This document shows positions 12,217-24,727 of a DNA stretch of 64,000 nt, piece after piece; the first letter of the stretch is position 1, and each line of letters opens with the position of its first letter. The DNA comes from Monocercomonoides exilis PA203 (lineage: Eukaryota; Protista; Preaxostyla). The notes under the pieces are model-generated. The model had not been told where the DNA came from, did no database searches, and worked only from the letters and a program-made list of their open reading frames with translations. The DNA lies in NCBI GenBank assembly GCA_001643675.2, contig LSRY02000026.1, forward strand, positions 372,001 to 436,000, in the 5' to 3' direction. The translations under genes and the position numbers were made by a program.

Positions 12217-14459
12217 AAATCTTCATGTAATATCGTTTGCTGAGACAGTACAAACGAAAACAATGACGATGAGGAAGATGAAGAAGATGAGGAAGACGAG
12301 GAAGACGAGGAAGTTCATATTGAAGAAGGCGAATAAATGATATGACAATGAATTCTTTCGGCAACTCAATCATATTTCATAAGATCTTGAGCATCGCCCA
12401 AAACATCCCATTTTCTTAGCTCACTTAAAACTCTTCACAGAATCTCATTCCCAAATGTTGTGCCTGATCCTTCCACCAAATCACCACACCCACCCATCCA
12501 CTGCTCATTCCTCTGCCTTTTCTTCGCAATTGCCCTCTTTTTCACCTCACAATTCCAGAGTTATGGCTGCTCTCGGTTTCTTGTCTTTGCTATTCTCCTC
12601 CTCCATCCACCTCACAATATTCTCCGAAAACAACACCCCTCTCCTTTTATTCATCTTTCTCGCCCTCTTCCAGAAATTCCTTCCCCTCCTCTTTCCCTTC
12701 TCATCCTCCACACAGCCTGTCCTTTCCACTCCTCTGATGAATGACTTCTCCCATCGAAGCAGTCTTCTCCAGAAAGTCCTCTCGCCCTTTCAAAACACAC
12801 CAAACAAAGTGGCTGTGCTGCCAACACACAGCCCGATGATCCATCTCCCGACAAGATGGAGGGCAATGAGCAGCTGAGCGAGGCCATCCTGACAAGAGAT
12901 AAGGAGGCGGAGGATGCGAACATCGTGTCGGAGATGCTTGGCCAGTAGCTCATGCGGAAACAGCTCCACAGCTACCCCATGCACAATCTGCTGCTGTGCT
13001 GCCATCGCTTGGCAAATGGGAGCTGCCCGTGTTCTTCAGACACCACCCGATGGATGTGACTGTGGCGTCAGCGTGGCGTTGGTGTGGCAGAGGAGAAGAG
13101 AAGAGATGATGTGCAGCTTCACTTGGTTTGCTGAGAGCTCAATGCTGAACGAGGAAGGCAGATGCTTAACAGCGGGTAGCTGACATCATCGGAAAAAAGA
13201 AGACAGAAATGAACATCACTTCTTTTCTCTCTGCTTCCTTCTCTTCCTTCTCTTCTCTCTCATTCATCTCGCTCTCTGCTCCAAGCAACACAAACTGCCA
13301 TTTCCATCTCAGGCTCCAAAAATGCCCTGCGTTGCTCACCTTTTTCTTCTCCATTCCTCAAAAATGTCTCATTACCCACAGGTTGCAGACAGAAGCAAAA
13401 GAAGAAGATAACGATGACGGTGAAGATGGTTGAACAGCTGACAAAAAGGAAAGCGATGATGTGAATGCAATCGATCTCTTGCCTTTTCCCTCCAACATCC
13501 TCCTCCCCTCTTCCCCAAAAAGCAGCTGCGAACGGCTGCTGACACCAAATGAAACATGCTCCACATTCAACCCCAAATCAACTGCCTGTGAACCAGCCCT
13601 GCAAACACTCCCAGAACTGACACCCTCATTCAGATGAACATGTCGCTCAATCAGCTCGCCGAAGGAGAAGGAGAAGGGAGAAGAGTGAATGAGAAGGAGA
13701 AAAATGTGGTGGTGTTGGTGAAGGTGTTGGGTGAAGAAGAATCGGAAGATGAAGATGATGATGGAAAAAATGAGATAGAAGTGGATGAAGAAGACAAGAC
13801 TGAACATGGAGAAGAAGATGAAAAAAATGATGAACAAAAATAGAGGGGAAAAATAATTTCGTATTTCTCGGTGGTGAAGACGGAAACAAAGAAGAAGAAG
13901 ACGACGAGAAAGATACGAAGAAGACGATGAAGATAATGTCAAGTTCAATCGTCAGCATTTTCTGTTGGGAGATATCCTCAACAAAACAATCTCGATGACG
14001 TAATGGCAAAGGAAATAGAAAAATGACCAAAGTCCATTTTGCCTGTTATCCACCACAAGCTGTCTGTATTACTCAAAACTGTCTGTTTTTCTCGTATTTA
14101 TGGTTCAAAAGCCAAGCAATGAAAACCAGTTTCATCGCTCTCTTCTGTCCATAAAATCAATGTCTTGCCCTTCTTATCCCAAGAAATGCGCCTTGCTCTA
14201 TCCCAACTGCCTCCAATGTCCTGTTTCAGTTATTTGCCTCAATCTTTCCAACAAAATAGTTTTGTAAATGTCCTCTTCCTCTTTTTAAAAAACGCTCCCT
14301 TTTCATAGAGATTGAACATTCTTCCTTTTTAGTCTTGGATATCTTCCAACCTTGTTGATTTCCGCTCCATCAAAATTCATTTTTCATCGCATTTATATCC
14401 ATCGCGCATGCTGAGTCCAAAATAAGTCACATAAATATTTGTAACAAAATACATTCAGG

Positions 14460-15960
14460 CTCTAATAATATATTTGTAAGGTAATGTTTGGCTCTCTTCT
14501 TCGCTGTTCTGTTCTGCATGGAATAAATCGTCCATTTTAAATAATTTGTCTGAATCACAACTTTGGAGAGGTTACGGATGGAAACATCTTCACAATCAAC
14601 AGAACAATATAAAATACATACATTGAAAATTCTTCGTTTCTATCGAAAATATTGTTGCTCCACAGCCATCCAACAATCAAAACGCACAATTTCATCCTCC
14701 ATTAAACAGATATCGTTTTTGTAATACTCAACCTTTTCACTGGAAACATTTCACTTAGTCAACCTGTCTTTGTTTTAGCTTCGGAATCTGACCCCGTTGG
14801 CAGTTTCTGAGCATTTGGCATTTCTTGATCATTTTCCATAACGAATAAGAGCCACAAAAGAAAAAGAGCACAACTCGATGTGGCGTGACTGAATGGGCAT
14901 ATGAAGACAATGCGATTACAAAAGAATGGATTTGTGGTATGGGGTGACGGAGTTGAGTTTTTGGAGGAGGCTGGACTTTGAGAGGGAAAAGAAACGATAA
15001 AAGATGGTTTTTTTTGGAAAAGAGGTATTTTTGGGAGGTTTAAGAGGCAAGATGGATGTGCGGGAGATGGATAAGGATGGAGCCTGGAGGGGTTATTTTT
15101 TCGATTTTTGTGAGTTGGAAGGAGTTGGCGGGGTGTTTATTATTTGAGAAAAGGAATTTGTTGTTGAGGAGGTGGAATGAGAAGGGAGACAAGAAAGGTG
15201 GAGTGAATGGAATATATTTATTGGAGGGGAGGATGAGAGATAGAGAGATGTGTGGAGGAGATTTTTTTTTTCAAATGCAAAGAGAGAGAGAGAGGCTCAT
15301 ATGAGGCAGGGCAAGGGGAGAGTTTTTGTGGGCTTATGTTTGATAAGAAAGAGAAGTGGGGTTGAAGAAAAAAAAAGAAAGAATATTTTTTTTCATTTTT
15401 TTATTTTTTATTGAAAGGACAGTTTGGCCGCGCCTCACATTTACAGGGCAAGGGATGGAGGCCGAGGTGGAAGAGGACTTGAAGAAGGAACATCAGCGCT
15501 GGCGCTTTGCATTGGAGGTGTGGAGACAGAGGAAGATGAGGGGCTGACTATGGGAGGTTGTCTTGCAATGGAAAGAGACAGAAAAAGGATGGAGGTATTT
15601 AATTTTGATTTGAAAAAAGATGCTGGGAGAAGAAGTAACAGGGAGTGAAGGGGAAGGGATTTGGGCAAAGGGGTTGTGATATTTGGTGGAGTGACATTGC
15701 AGTTGTTTTGGGAAATGTGGAAAAGAAGAAGGTGATGCAGTGAGTAGGGATGGAAAGGTATTCTTCAGATGGAATCTTCTTCTTTACCAGTTTTTTTAAA
15801 AGAATAGAGTTGGTGAAGTTATTTGAGCGAAAGAATAATGAGAAGTTGGGCTTTGGCTGATTTTTTTTGAGGACGCAGAAGGGAGGCGAAGACGAGACAG
15901 ATGGGTTTTGTTGGCAGAAAAGAACGATATTTGGAGAAGAAGAAAATTTTCCAAGATTAT
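14460..15960 (-). repeat. Decayed gene-family copy; inverted paralog of 1560-3060
   Basis: See 1560-3060. MENDQ start at ~14838 (minus) corresponds to ~2680 (plus). Boundaries approximate. Confidence 0.75.
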
Positions 15961-16643
15961 TCGTATAAAAGTCATAGGTTTGTATTTTTCATATTTGTGC
16001 TTTTTTTCATTAATTATTATTTCGTTAGAGAACTAATGAAAATACAACTCCTCTTTCTATTTGGGATGTCATTAATTGGGCATGTTTTGTGTCTCCTGTT
16101 CCATTAATATTGCGTAGGCTCTTGTTACTACTCTCTCTGTTCGTGTGCAAATATTTCTTGATTTCTTGACAGTTGCAGGGGAACATGATCGCTTCGATTC
16201 CTCTTCTTGATACATACAAATATTTTCCTTATTATGCAGTTTATCTTCAACTTCTTTGACTTCTTCATTTTCCTTATTGATGTCCTTCTCCTCTCCAACG
16301 GTCTGCGATGATTGCGACTCTTCGATATCCATGTCAATGCTCTGATCCGTGAGAGAGGAAGCTGTTGTGTTGGAATGGAACAATTTGTCTGAAAAGATAG
16401 TTGTGGGGAATTGAAAGTTTGTGGTTGCTCCAGCGATAATCCTATTGAGTTTGAAGGTTGCAGGCTTTGAAAATACTGAGAGGAGGGCTGAAAATTAAAC
16501 GTCTGAGGTTGTTGTTGATGCAGTTGCGAAGGATGTGGTTGAGGTGAAAGGACAATATCATGTTGAACAGGAATCACGTTTATTGCAGATTGGATTGGCG
16601 TCTGGATGTTTGCGAAAGCAGATCCTTGAGTTATTTGTGCACT

Positions 16644-19478
16644 TCAAGGTTGAATTTGAGATCCTGTTTGTGGTAATGGTTGGTGTTCTGTCAGAACCTG
16701 GGCCATCGCTTGAGCAGTGTTTGTTTTGAAGTAAGAATTAGTTGGTGTGTGAGCTGTGGGAGACAATCTTGCAAAGTGTGCTACCATAACCTCCGGAACT
16801 CCAGAGGCAAGGAGAGCAGACAAAGCCGCATGCTTTATAGTGTAAGGCCGAAACGAGGGGTTGATTCCTGCCTGCTTCATTGCCTCCTTTGCGAGTTTAC
16901 GAATTCCATCTTTTGACATTCTTGATCCGGTTCTCGTGTAAATGATGAATGTGTCTCTTCCTGGATACAAAACTTTAATTTGGTTCCAAAGTTCCAATAT
17001 TGCACGCACTGGGCAAACATCTGACTGGATCTCCTTCAGTTTAGGGACTGTGATGAACGATCTTGCGAGTGTTGTTTTCAATTGGACTGAAAGATGAATT
17101 GCATTCTGAGAGATTATCGAATCGTTCATTGAAATGCTCGCCAGTTCTGAAAACCTGCATGCAGTGAATAACATACACAGAGTTATTGATTTCAATGTCA
17201 GAGAGTATACGCTCAAAGTCTCGTTGGGCCACAGAGTTCGGAGATAATTGAAAAGGACCTGTGGATCCCATATTTCCTCGTACGGAGCTCTTTTCTTTTC
17301 CTTTCTCATGATAGATCGAAAGAATGTCTTTATTATCGGTACTGTTCCTAAATCGAAAGAGAAAGCACTTCTAGTGAATAGCGACACTGCGGACCTTGTT
17401 TGCTTTAAGCACTGAGGAGGAAAACCCTCATTATCTAAGTATATGAAAGTGTCCAAGCACTTCCTCACCCAAATCACAGGATCTGACGGTAATTCCCCCA
17501 TATTCCCCTTGATCCAAGCGTTTGCGAAATGTGCGAATCCAAATGTGTATGTTGTCCATGTTGACGTGGCAACACTATTTTTAATGTGTATTATCATGCT
17601 GTCCGGAACATTAAGTTTTCGTAGGCCCTGCTCAAACCATTGTTCACCCGCCTTCTTGACTAGGGAAAGCTTATTGCCAGGTAACCTCCCGGAGGAAGCG
17701 CTGCTCCTCTCGCCTTCAGACCCTGCCCTGGTAGTAATATCATTCGTGAATATCTCCATCTCATGAATCGTCTTTTCCACAGTTGAAGGGTCTGGCTCCA
17801 AATCTGATTCGTCCAATCCGGTATCAGAAGAATCATCTTCGCTCTCTCCTTCAACGCTTTCCTCATCGTCTGAAGGATCAGTGGAATTGGCGGATGGGCA
17901 AGAACCACCTCGCCCTTCCACGGATAGCTCAGACCGTCCTGACATAATCTGCTGCCTGGCCCGCACCACCGTTGAAGCTTTCTGTTCTTTGCACTTGCAA
18001 ACGCATCCAGAGTCGGTTTGATCCTGAGGTAGTTGAGTGCCATCTGAAGAGCCTGATTTTTGATTTCGTAATCTCCCGACTGCTCGAGTCTTGACAGGGC
18101 ATCTGCCTCCACATTTCTTTTTCCTGCAATATGAACTGCTTTGACCTGGATTCCCTGACTCTCCACAAGTTTCCTGATCTCTTTCAATAGAGGTCGCGGA
18201 TTCTTTCCTGCTCCCCATCTGTTTATGTTGTAAACTACCGATGTGTTGTCCGAGCGTATCAACACCTTCCTTTCCGACAGTTTTGCGATATCCTGAGAAA
18301 ACCTTGCTTGCGCAATCTTGACTGCCAGTAATTCCCTGAAGTTTGACGTTTGGTTTTGAGCAACTCTGTTCAAAGGGACGTGAAAAATCTTCTTGAGTTG
18401 TCCTGATATCTTTAGACTTCCTCCGCATGCCCATGGCGAGGCATCTGTTGTAATCATCACCTAAGGGGAGCCAAAGGATTAAAGCGTACTTTGTTTTCTC
18501 TTCCTGACTTCGCTTATCCAGAATGTCAATTCTGGAATGATTCCATAGTGAAGTCGACATAGTCCGTTCCATCCATTGATGTTGACATTCTTCATTAGGC
18601 ATTGATAAAGGTTTGTCATGTGTAATGAAGCTTCTGTTTGGATAAATCTGGCAGCGCTTATTTGCCCCACAATTGAAGCAAATCTTCTGACTGAGATTGG
18701 ACATCTCTTTATTGTGTTTATCAGTACCATGTAACACTTCTGAACAATGGAGGCAATTCTCTCTTCGTTCAGAGCCACTGTCGACTGAATCGAATCCCAT
18801 TTCCATCCCAGAAAGTTGAATCTTTACTTTGCCCGAAGTTTGCTTTTCTCTATGTTGACCATCAGACCAAGTTGGGAGAACCAATCCATAACCTCCTTTG
18901 TTATTTGCTCCAGCTTCTGTTTGTCCTTGTGAAGAAAGAGGACATCGTCCAGATAAGAGATGCAACGAACTTTCCATTTCATTCTCACCAGCTTTATTAT
19001 TGAACTCATGATCTTCGTAAAGATTCTTGGGGCATCCTTCATTCCAAATGGAAGGCATTGAAACGCTATTGTTTCTTGATGAAATTTGAAAGCCAAAAAC
19101 GGGATGAAATCTTCGCGAACAGGGATTAAGAAATATGCTTGAGAGAGATCCAATGTGGTTGCAAAATCTCACTTCTCCATCAGCTTTTCTATAGTTCTGT
19201 GATCCTCCAGCTTGAACTTGATTGATTTCAGGGCTTTGTTCAGAGGTCTGCAGACCAATATTTGTCTCCATTTCCCGTTCTTCTTCTTCACGAAAAACAG
19301 TTTGCTCAGGCATCTTGCATCTTCGAACTTGATCCTCTTCAATATTCCACAATCCAGTGCTTCCGTTATCCACTTCTCGCACTCCCTCTCCTGCTCCTGG
19401 GATCCAATAAAACCATGTCCTGCTTTGACTTCCTTTTACAGCTTGTCTCGTGCCTCTCTGCTTCTCCAAACAGGACAA
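16644..19478 (-). CDS. DIRS long ORF with C-terminal tyrosine recombinase; N-terminal half overlaps pol
   Basis: CRFSEL, QLKT, YTIKHA, FARLS, NSYF. The same frame continues after the TGA into the Gln-rich 16128-16577. Confidence 0.85.
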   Translation of the reverse strand: MSCLEKQRGTRQAVKGSQSRTWFYWIPGAGEGVREVDNGSTGLWNIEEDQVRRCKMPEQTVFREEEEREMETNIGLQTSEQSPEINQVQAGGSQNYRKADGEVRFCNHIGSLSSIFLNPCSRRFHPVFGFQISSRNNSVSMPSIWNEGCPKNLYEDHEFNNKAGENEMESSLHLLSGRCPLSSQGQTEAGANNKGGYGLVLPTWSDGQHREKQTSGKVKIQLSGMEMGFDSVDSGSERRENCLHCSEVLHGTDKHNKEMSNLSQKICFNCGANKRCQIYPNRSFITHDKPLSMPNEECQHQWMERTMSTSLWNHSRIDILDKRSQEEKTKYALILWLPLGDDYNRCLAMGMRRKSKDIRTTQEDFSRPFEQSCSKPNVKLQGITGSQDCASKVFSGYRKTVGKEGVDTLGQHIGSLQHKQMGSRKESATSIERDQETCGESGNPGQSSSYCRKKKCGGRCPVKTRAVGRLRNQKSGSSDGTQLPQDQTDSGCVCKCKEQKASTVVRARQQIMSGRSELSVEGRGGSCPSANSTDPSDDEESVEGESEDDSSDTGLDESDLEPDPSTVEKTIHEMEIFTNDITTRAGSEGERSSASSGRLPGNKLSLVKKAGEQWFEQGLRKLNVPDSMIIHIKNSVATSTWTTYTFGFAHFANAWIKGNMGELPSDPVIWVRKCLDTFIYLDNEGFPPQCLKQTRSAVSLFTRSAFSFDLGTVPIIKTFFRSIMRKEKKRAPYEEIWDPQVLFNYLRTLWPNETLSVYSLTLKSITLCMLFTACRFSELASISMNDSIISQNAIHLSVQLKTTLARSFITVPKLKEIQSDVCPVRAILELWNQIKVLYPGRDTFIIYTRTGSRMSKDGIRKLAKEAMKQAGINPSFRPYTIKHAALSALLASGVPEVMVAHFARLSPTAHTPTNSYFKTNTAQAMAQVLTEHQPLPQTGSQIQP

Positions 19479-19600
19479 GCTCCCTTCTCTATAATTCTCC
19501 TGGTCCCTATTTCGGACCAGTTCTTGAGAAAGAGTCTTGTTCTTCCTCCAACTTTCTTCGAGGATCCCATTGGTTGGAGCTCCAAGTTCTGCTGGTTCTC
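17660..19600 (-). pseudogene. DIRS pol: reverse transcriptase, RNase H and DAM-like methyltransferase domains; 4 in-frame stops
   Basis: LDLSQAY, LPFG, YLDD, FLG (RT); TTDAS, ELLAV, SDN, ADALSR (RNase H); LDAFAS...HPP...PDW (MT). Stops at 19436, 19169, 18824 and 18479 are all in one frame. Confidence 0.9.
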
Positions 19601-19668
19601 TGGGAGCTTCTGCTGCTGTTTGAACTGAATTTTCTTCTTGTAAATGGGATCCTTCTTGTCCGAAAAAA

Positions 19669-20559
19669 CTAGTTTTTAAGTGAGAATGTATTTGTGTACG
19701 GTCTGATCCATCCCAGCGAACGAGGAAGCAATTTTTGTTTCGGCTCAGCGATCTTCAACGTTTCAAGTTGCCTCTTGGAAAGCAATTGGTCTCCATCTTC
19801 TTCTTTTAATGTCCTTGCGGCTCTGAACCCATAAACTGCTTGGATCCTTTGTGTTCTCGCTTCCTGGAGTGCTTCAACCATCATTAAGAAAGAATCAGCC
19901 AAAACTGCACTTGGATCCAATCCCTTATCTACCATATCTTTTCCAATTATAAGCTCTTTTATTGCCGATATCAATTTTTCTTCGATTTTGAATCCATTTT
20001 GTTCTAGAGTGTCGTAGCACCAATTTGATGTTCTTTGAAACGGGTGGATAGCCTCTGGAATGAACGGAGGTGCTGAGAAATTCGAGTAAATTGTGGAATT
20101 TGAGCCTGCTTGTTCAGGAAAATGCATTTCGAATATTGAATCCTTTGTTTTATCTCCGAAGAGCGAGAAACAAATGTATTTGAAGTTCGGTTGATAATTA
20201 TCTTTCTCCATCAGGTGTTCTTGCGAAGTGTCTATCATTTGAAGAATATTCTGCTGCTGCGTCGTTTGCGGAGAATGGATTGGGTGTTGCTCAAGTGTTG
20301 TTGGACTTGGAAATATTTGGGGCTGAGAAGAGCTTGAAGATTGTTGGAAAGGTGGATGGAGCAAGTTCGTAACATTGTGATCTTCTCGGCTTGATGTGTT
20401 TTCAAGGCCCATTGCAATATTTTGCGTCGAAATAGTAGCGGCTGATGAGGAAAATATGCTGGAGGTGGATTGCGTAAATCCCACACTGCTCGGAGGTCCG
20501 CTGATATCCTGAGATAAAGAATTCAGACTCGACTCGAGTCCAGGCTGAAGAACGGTCAT
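19669..20559 (-). CDS. DIRS ORF1 (gag-like)
   Basis: 296-aa ORF directly inside the 5' ITR and upstream of pol. Assignment is by position only. Confidence 0.6.
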   Translation of the reverse strand: MTVLQPGLESSLNSLSQDISGPPSSVGFTQSTSSIFSSSAATISTQNIAMGLENTSSREDHNVTNLLHPPFQQSSSSSQPQIFPSPTTLEQHPIHSPQTTQQQNILQMIDTSQEHLMEKDNYQPNFKYICFSLFGDKTKDSIFEMHFPEQAGSNSTIYSNFSAPPFIPEAIHPFQRTSNWCYDTLEQNGFKIEEKLISAIKELIIGKDMVDKGLDPSAVLADSFLMMVEALQEARTQRIQAVYGFRAARTLKEEDGDQLLSKRQLETLKIAEPKQKLLPRSLGWIRPYTNTFSLKN

Positions 20560-23500
20560 TGTTAATAATTATTGATCGGCTGAGCCCATTAAACGGAGCT
20601 CTATCCCAAATAGAAAGAGGAGTTGTATTTTCATTAGTTCTCGAGAATTAAGAAGCTAATGCTTTTTAATCTTGTTGAAATTAGATTGTTTTGCAGGTAT
20701 ATTTACTGCGAATGTATGTGTATAGAATATGGAAAGAGAGGATATAAAATGCATTAAAGAAGTCAGAAAACAACGATTGAAGGGGCACATGGAAGAGTGA
20801 GGGGGCGTAAAATATAAATGAAAGGAAAGGAAACGAAGATAAAAATTTTTTGAAGGTTTGGGAAGGCGTATCGGGTGAATCTTGTTAAAAGCGAAAAATG
20901 AGATCAAGGAATTGATGATGCTGCAAAAGAAGAAATTTGGCAAATGATTGAGAAGAAGAAGACATTATTTTTGAAGTTCGATTGAAAGAAATGATTTTTT
21001 TTGAAAATAAAGAAAAAATAATAATAGTAATTTGAGTGATGTTTGGAGATGAGTCAAGAAAAAGGAAAAAAGAAAGAAAAGGAAAAAGAAGAAGGAAAGG
21101 CATCTCCCACTTCTTCCTCCCTCTGCCAGGCCATTGCCTCGAGAAACTACATCACAAGCTGCCCGTTCCCCAGTAGCACCCCCAAAGCAGATTGGCCGAC
21201 GCACCTCGTTCGCTCTGCAGCTGCCGCCCCACGAGCTGCGCCAGCATCAACACTTCGATTCAGCCCTGCTCCCGCTGACACCACCGAAAGCGCCTGCATA
21301 TTGTCATCCAGCGCCGGCTAACCGTCTTCACAACAGCATTGTTCTCTGACAGGAACAGAGACACTCTTCAGTCCACTGCATCACACTCATCCAGCAACTG
21401 TGGGCACAGCGGAAGAAGTCGTTGAGTTGGTATGCCTCAAGCTCCGAAGTTAATGGTGGAAGATAGCACACGTACAGCAGGGACGCATCTCAAAAGATCC
21501 TCAGCGATAGCGCATGTAGCATCTGTGGATAGCACACACACAAAAAAGACTCCAGCTTCGAGTGTGTGATTCCTCTGCACACTGCCACTGACGACGACGA
21601 CGACGATGGATCGCCACTTCACACAGCATCATACAGCGCCTTCATTGCGTCCTATTACTTCGCTGCCTCTGCCTCGTTGATATTCAGCATAATCCTCAGA
21701 AACACAGACGCGTCTGTCACTCCAATCTTTGACTGTATCTTCTCAAACTCCACCAAAAAACATCTTGATCTTCTTCTCCGCTCCACTTTCAAGCACGATA
21801 TCAAAGAACAAGAAGAACGACAGCTTGTCTTCATTGAACTCCTCCCTCCCAAATTCCCCAAACAACCACATCATTGCCAAGTTCAACAAAAATAGCTTCT
21901 CCCCCGTGGATCATCACCTTCCTGACTGCCTCGCACTACTTCTGATTCTTAATCGCCTCTTCGAACAGCTCCTTCTGCTCTCGAATCGTCCGCTCCTTCA
22001 CTTTCGGAAGTTCCATCAGCATTTTCATTTTCCTTCTCCATCTTGTTCATCTTCTGCTGCACCGTTGTATCTACTCTTCCACCACCATTTCATCCACCAT
22101 CGCTGTTTATTTTTCTCGCAACACTCACCCCGCTCCACACTTTTGCAACAACCCCCTTCCCATTCATGTCTGGCCCAAGCATCACAATTCTTCCATTTTT
22201 GTTGATCTCTGTTAACTTCTCCTGGCACTTTTTACGCAACCCCAACAACAGAACCAAGGAAATCAAAGATGGAACCATCCCATTGAACGCACAAATAATG
22301 AAAAAGATATGGCAATTGTAACACACAGACCAGCCAGTTTCCACTTGCCATCCACGCTCACTACTACTCCTTGCTGAGCGAATCATTTCTTCTCCATTTC
22401 TTTCACCTCTGCGTTGTGCTTCTCGCTCAGCTCCAGAATCTTCCTCTGCTGCATCCAGATGATATTGGCCTTCTCCTTCATCTGCTCTGATAACCTGCTT
22501 ATCCGCTTTGCCTACTTTTCCTTTTCCAACTTCTTCTTATCTTTCTTCCAGCAAATGCAGCACAATCGCTGCAGGCGATAAAACCACATCTTCCATCATC
22601 AGCCCCTCTGCCCCACCACCTCCAGCGCCTTCTCCACAATCTCTCCCACTTCATTCACTGCAACCATCCCCCTCCTCATTTTGTTGCACAGCTTCATAAC
22701 TCTGCATGCCTCGACTGCTTCTATTGGTTCGCCGACCATTCAATGGCCAATGAAGTCAGTGATGGATCAGGCGGATTGCAGATTGGTAGGATCGCAACCA
22801 CATCTACCTCTGTTAATATTGGCTTCTTCGAAGACATCTTTCTCAGCAAGTCCTCAAGAAACTGGAGCAGAGCCAGAAGTGGAATGTAAAGCATCACACA
22901 TTGAAAGGTCACAGCACGTTCTGTTCAGCACAGCTCAGCAAGCCAACATTGAAACCTCAGAGTGATTGCAGAAGTTATTGAAGTGATTGAGAAGATGGAA
23001 GCAACAACAACCCAGCTTCCTCAGGCACGCCAATCCTCAGCCACCTCACGTTGAAGTGCAGTTTTTTGTCTTTAATGTGAGATGAAACCACAGCCAATTC
23101 ATCTGAAGGGTCGACTGCGGGTGCCAATTATGATGATATTCATTCGTCTCCTTTGCTCCTCCGCTGCATGAAAGGCGAAGCGGAGTGGCGTGATGTTTCT
23201 AATGTTTCAGATGTTTCAGATGAAGAAGAATGAGATGAAAGAAAATTGATTATATGATTTTTGAGGGATGTTTGAAGATGAGTTAAGAGAAAGGGAAGAA
23301 AGGATGGGGAAAGAAGAATGAAGAAAGGGTTTTGTGTGAAAAATAGAGGTGATTAGTGTGTGTGGAATTAATCAAGTACAACTGGGTCAAGTGGTTCTTA
23401 TTCAGATGGAATATCTAGCGGAGGAGCGATTAACATGTATAATTGAAGATCATTGGAATTTTTGATGAAATTCAGTTCATTCAGTGATTACTTTGTCTGT

Positions 23501-24191
23501 TGTTTGATGTTGTTTTTGTTTTTCGAATTAATTCATATGAAAAAAAAGAAGAAATAAAATAAAGAAAGAATAATGAACCCAAACTTCTCAAGCATTGAAG
23601 AAGGATCAACCAAACTTTTTTTGCAAATAGCAGGTTTGTTTCGATGATGTCAAATCTGCATATGTTCATGAACGAAAATTATATGTGTTAGTTTTCTCTT
23701 TTGATTGAGGATTATTTTTTGATCTAACAATTCAAATGCGTATGAAAAAAGCGAAGTTATTTTTTTGTGTGCATATGAAATAAAGCAAATATCACATATT
23801 TATCTTATACGAAAAAATGAATTCTTCTTGAGATTTAAGGATAATTTTTCCAAAAATACATATTTCCTTAGAATTTACTTTTTTTTGTAATAATAGTTAT
23901 TTTGAAAAAATTTTTGTTTCTAAAAAATGATAGTAATCTGAATTATCCATTTTCTTTCACATTTGAAAGATACAAGTATCAATTAATCAATAAAACAAAA
24001 AGATTCCATTTAAAATAATATTATGGTGATGGACGCAGTATTGTATTATGTGAAATGCAAAATAAAAATATGCAAATATATAAAATATCTTAATGATAAT
24101 TATAAATGTTTTCCGTTCATTTTTGGTGTTGTTTTTTCCGCTTCGAAAATTTTCATTCAAAAAGTGTGTTTTCGAAAAGAATCACCCATAT

Positions 24192-24368
24192 TTTCATCAA
24201 TTTTCTGTTCCCACTGACTTTTTTTTTCTCAAAGTTAAATAATAATGTTATTTTGGTTCTTTTTCCATTTCAGTGAAGTTTTATTAGTTGGAACAGTAAT
24301 TTGATGAAAATATGAAATTTTTATTTTATTTGAAAATTAAACATAAGGAAGTTTTCGAAAAAATAGCC
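24192..24368 (+). mobile_element. Right part of the split GGCTA-family MITE
   Basis: Continues the 4203-4263 sequence as in the intact copy (...TTTCATAT|TT..ATCAATTTTCTGTTCCCA) and ends TAGCC|ATAT. The rejoined length is 238 bp. Confidence 0.85.
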
Positions 24369-24727
24369 ATATGGGACAAAATATTTGACTTCAGGCATTT
24401 TCATTGAAAAATTATTCACTTTTCATTGACTTTTTGTGATTTAATAATCAGAAAAAAATGGGTTTATTTTCTGAAATACATGTGAGGTCACAAAATATTT
24501 TGTCATCACATCAACGATATTTGTTTTCAGTAATGAAAATCTAATATATTTTGAAATCTGATTGAGTTTAAAAATGTTATAAGTGAAACAATTTTTTTTG
24601 TGATTTGAGCAATTGAAGCTTGAAAGTTCATATTTTCCCCCATATAATTTTGATTTTTTGAAAAAAGTTCATTATCAAGTCTTTATGGGTTTGATCTTAT
24701 ATAAATTTTATGTCTTCGTCACACAGA

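Larger units (their letters stand above)
16028..20642 (-). mobile_element. DIRS-type tyrosine-recombinase retrotransposon with 40-bp inverted terminal repeats
   Basis: Perfect 40-bp ITR GAGAACTAATGAAAATACAACTCCTCTTTCTATTTGGGAT at 16028-16067 and 20603-20642. Gag-like, RT-RNaseH-MT and YR ORFs lie in three different frames. Confidence 0.9.
4264..24187. mobile_element. 19.9-kb TIR-bounded segment with 4-bp ATAT target-site duplication
   Basis: TIR GGGTGATTCTTTTCGAAAACA(T/C)ACTTTTT, 29 bp with 1 mismatch, at 4264-4292 and 24159-24187. ATAT at 4260-4263 and 24188-24191. The flanks rejoin into one MITE. Confidence 0.75.

Noticed and set aside
21000-23250. Functional call for overlapping short ORFs (also 12300-13850, 36300-37200, 48566-50340)
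   Set aside because: They look like decayed low-complexity coding sequence with no recognisable domain.
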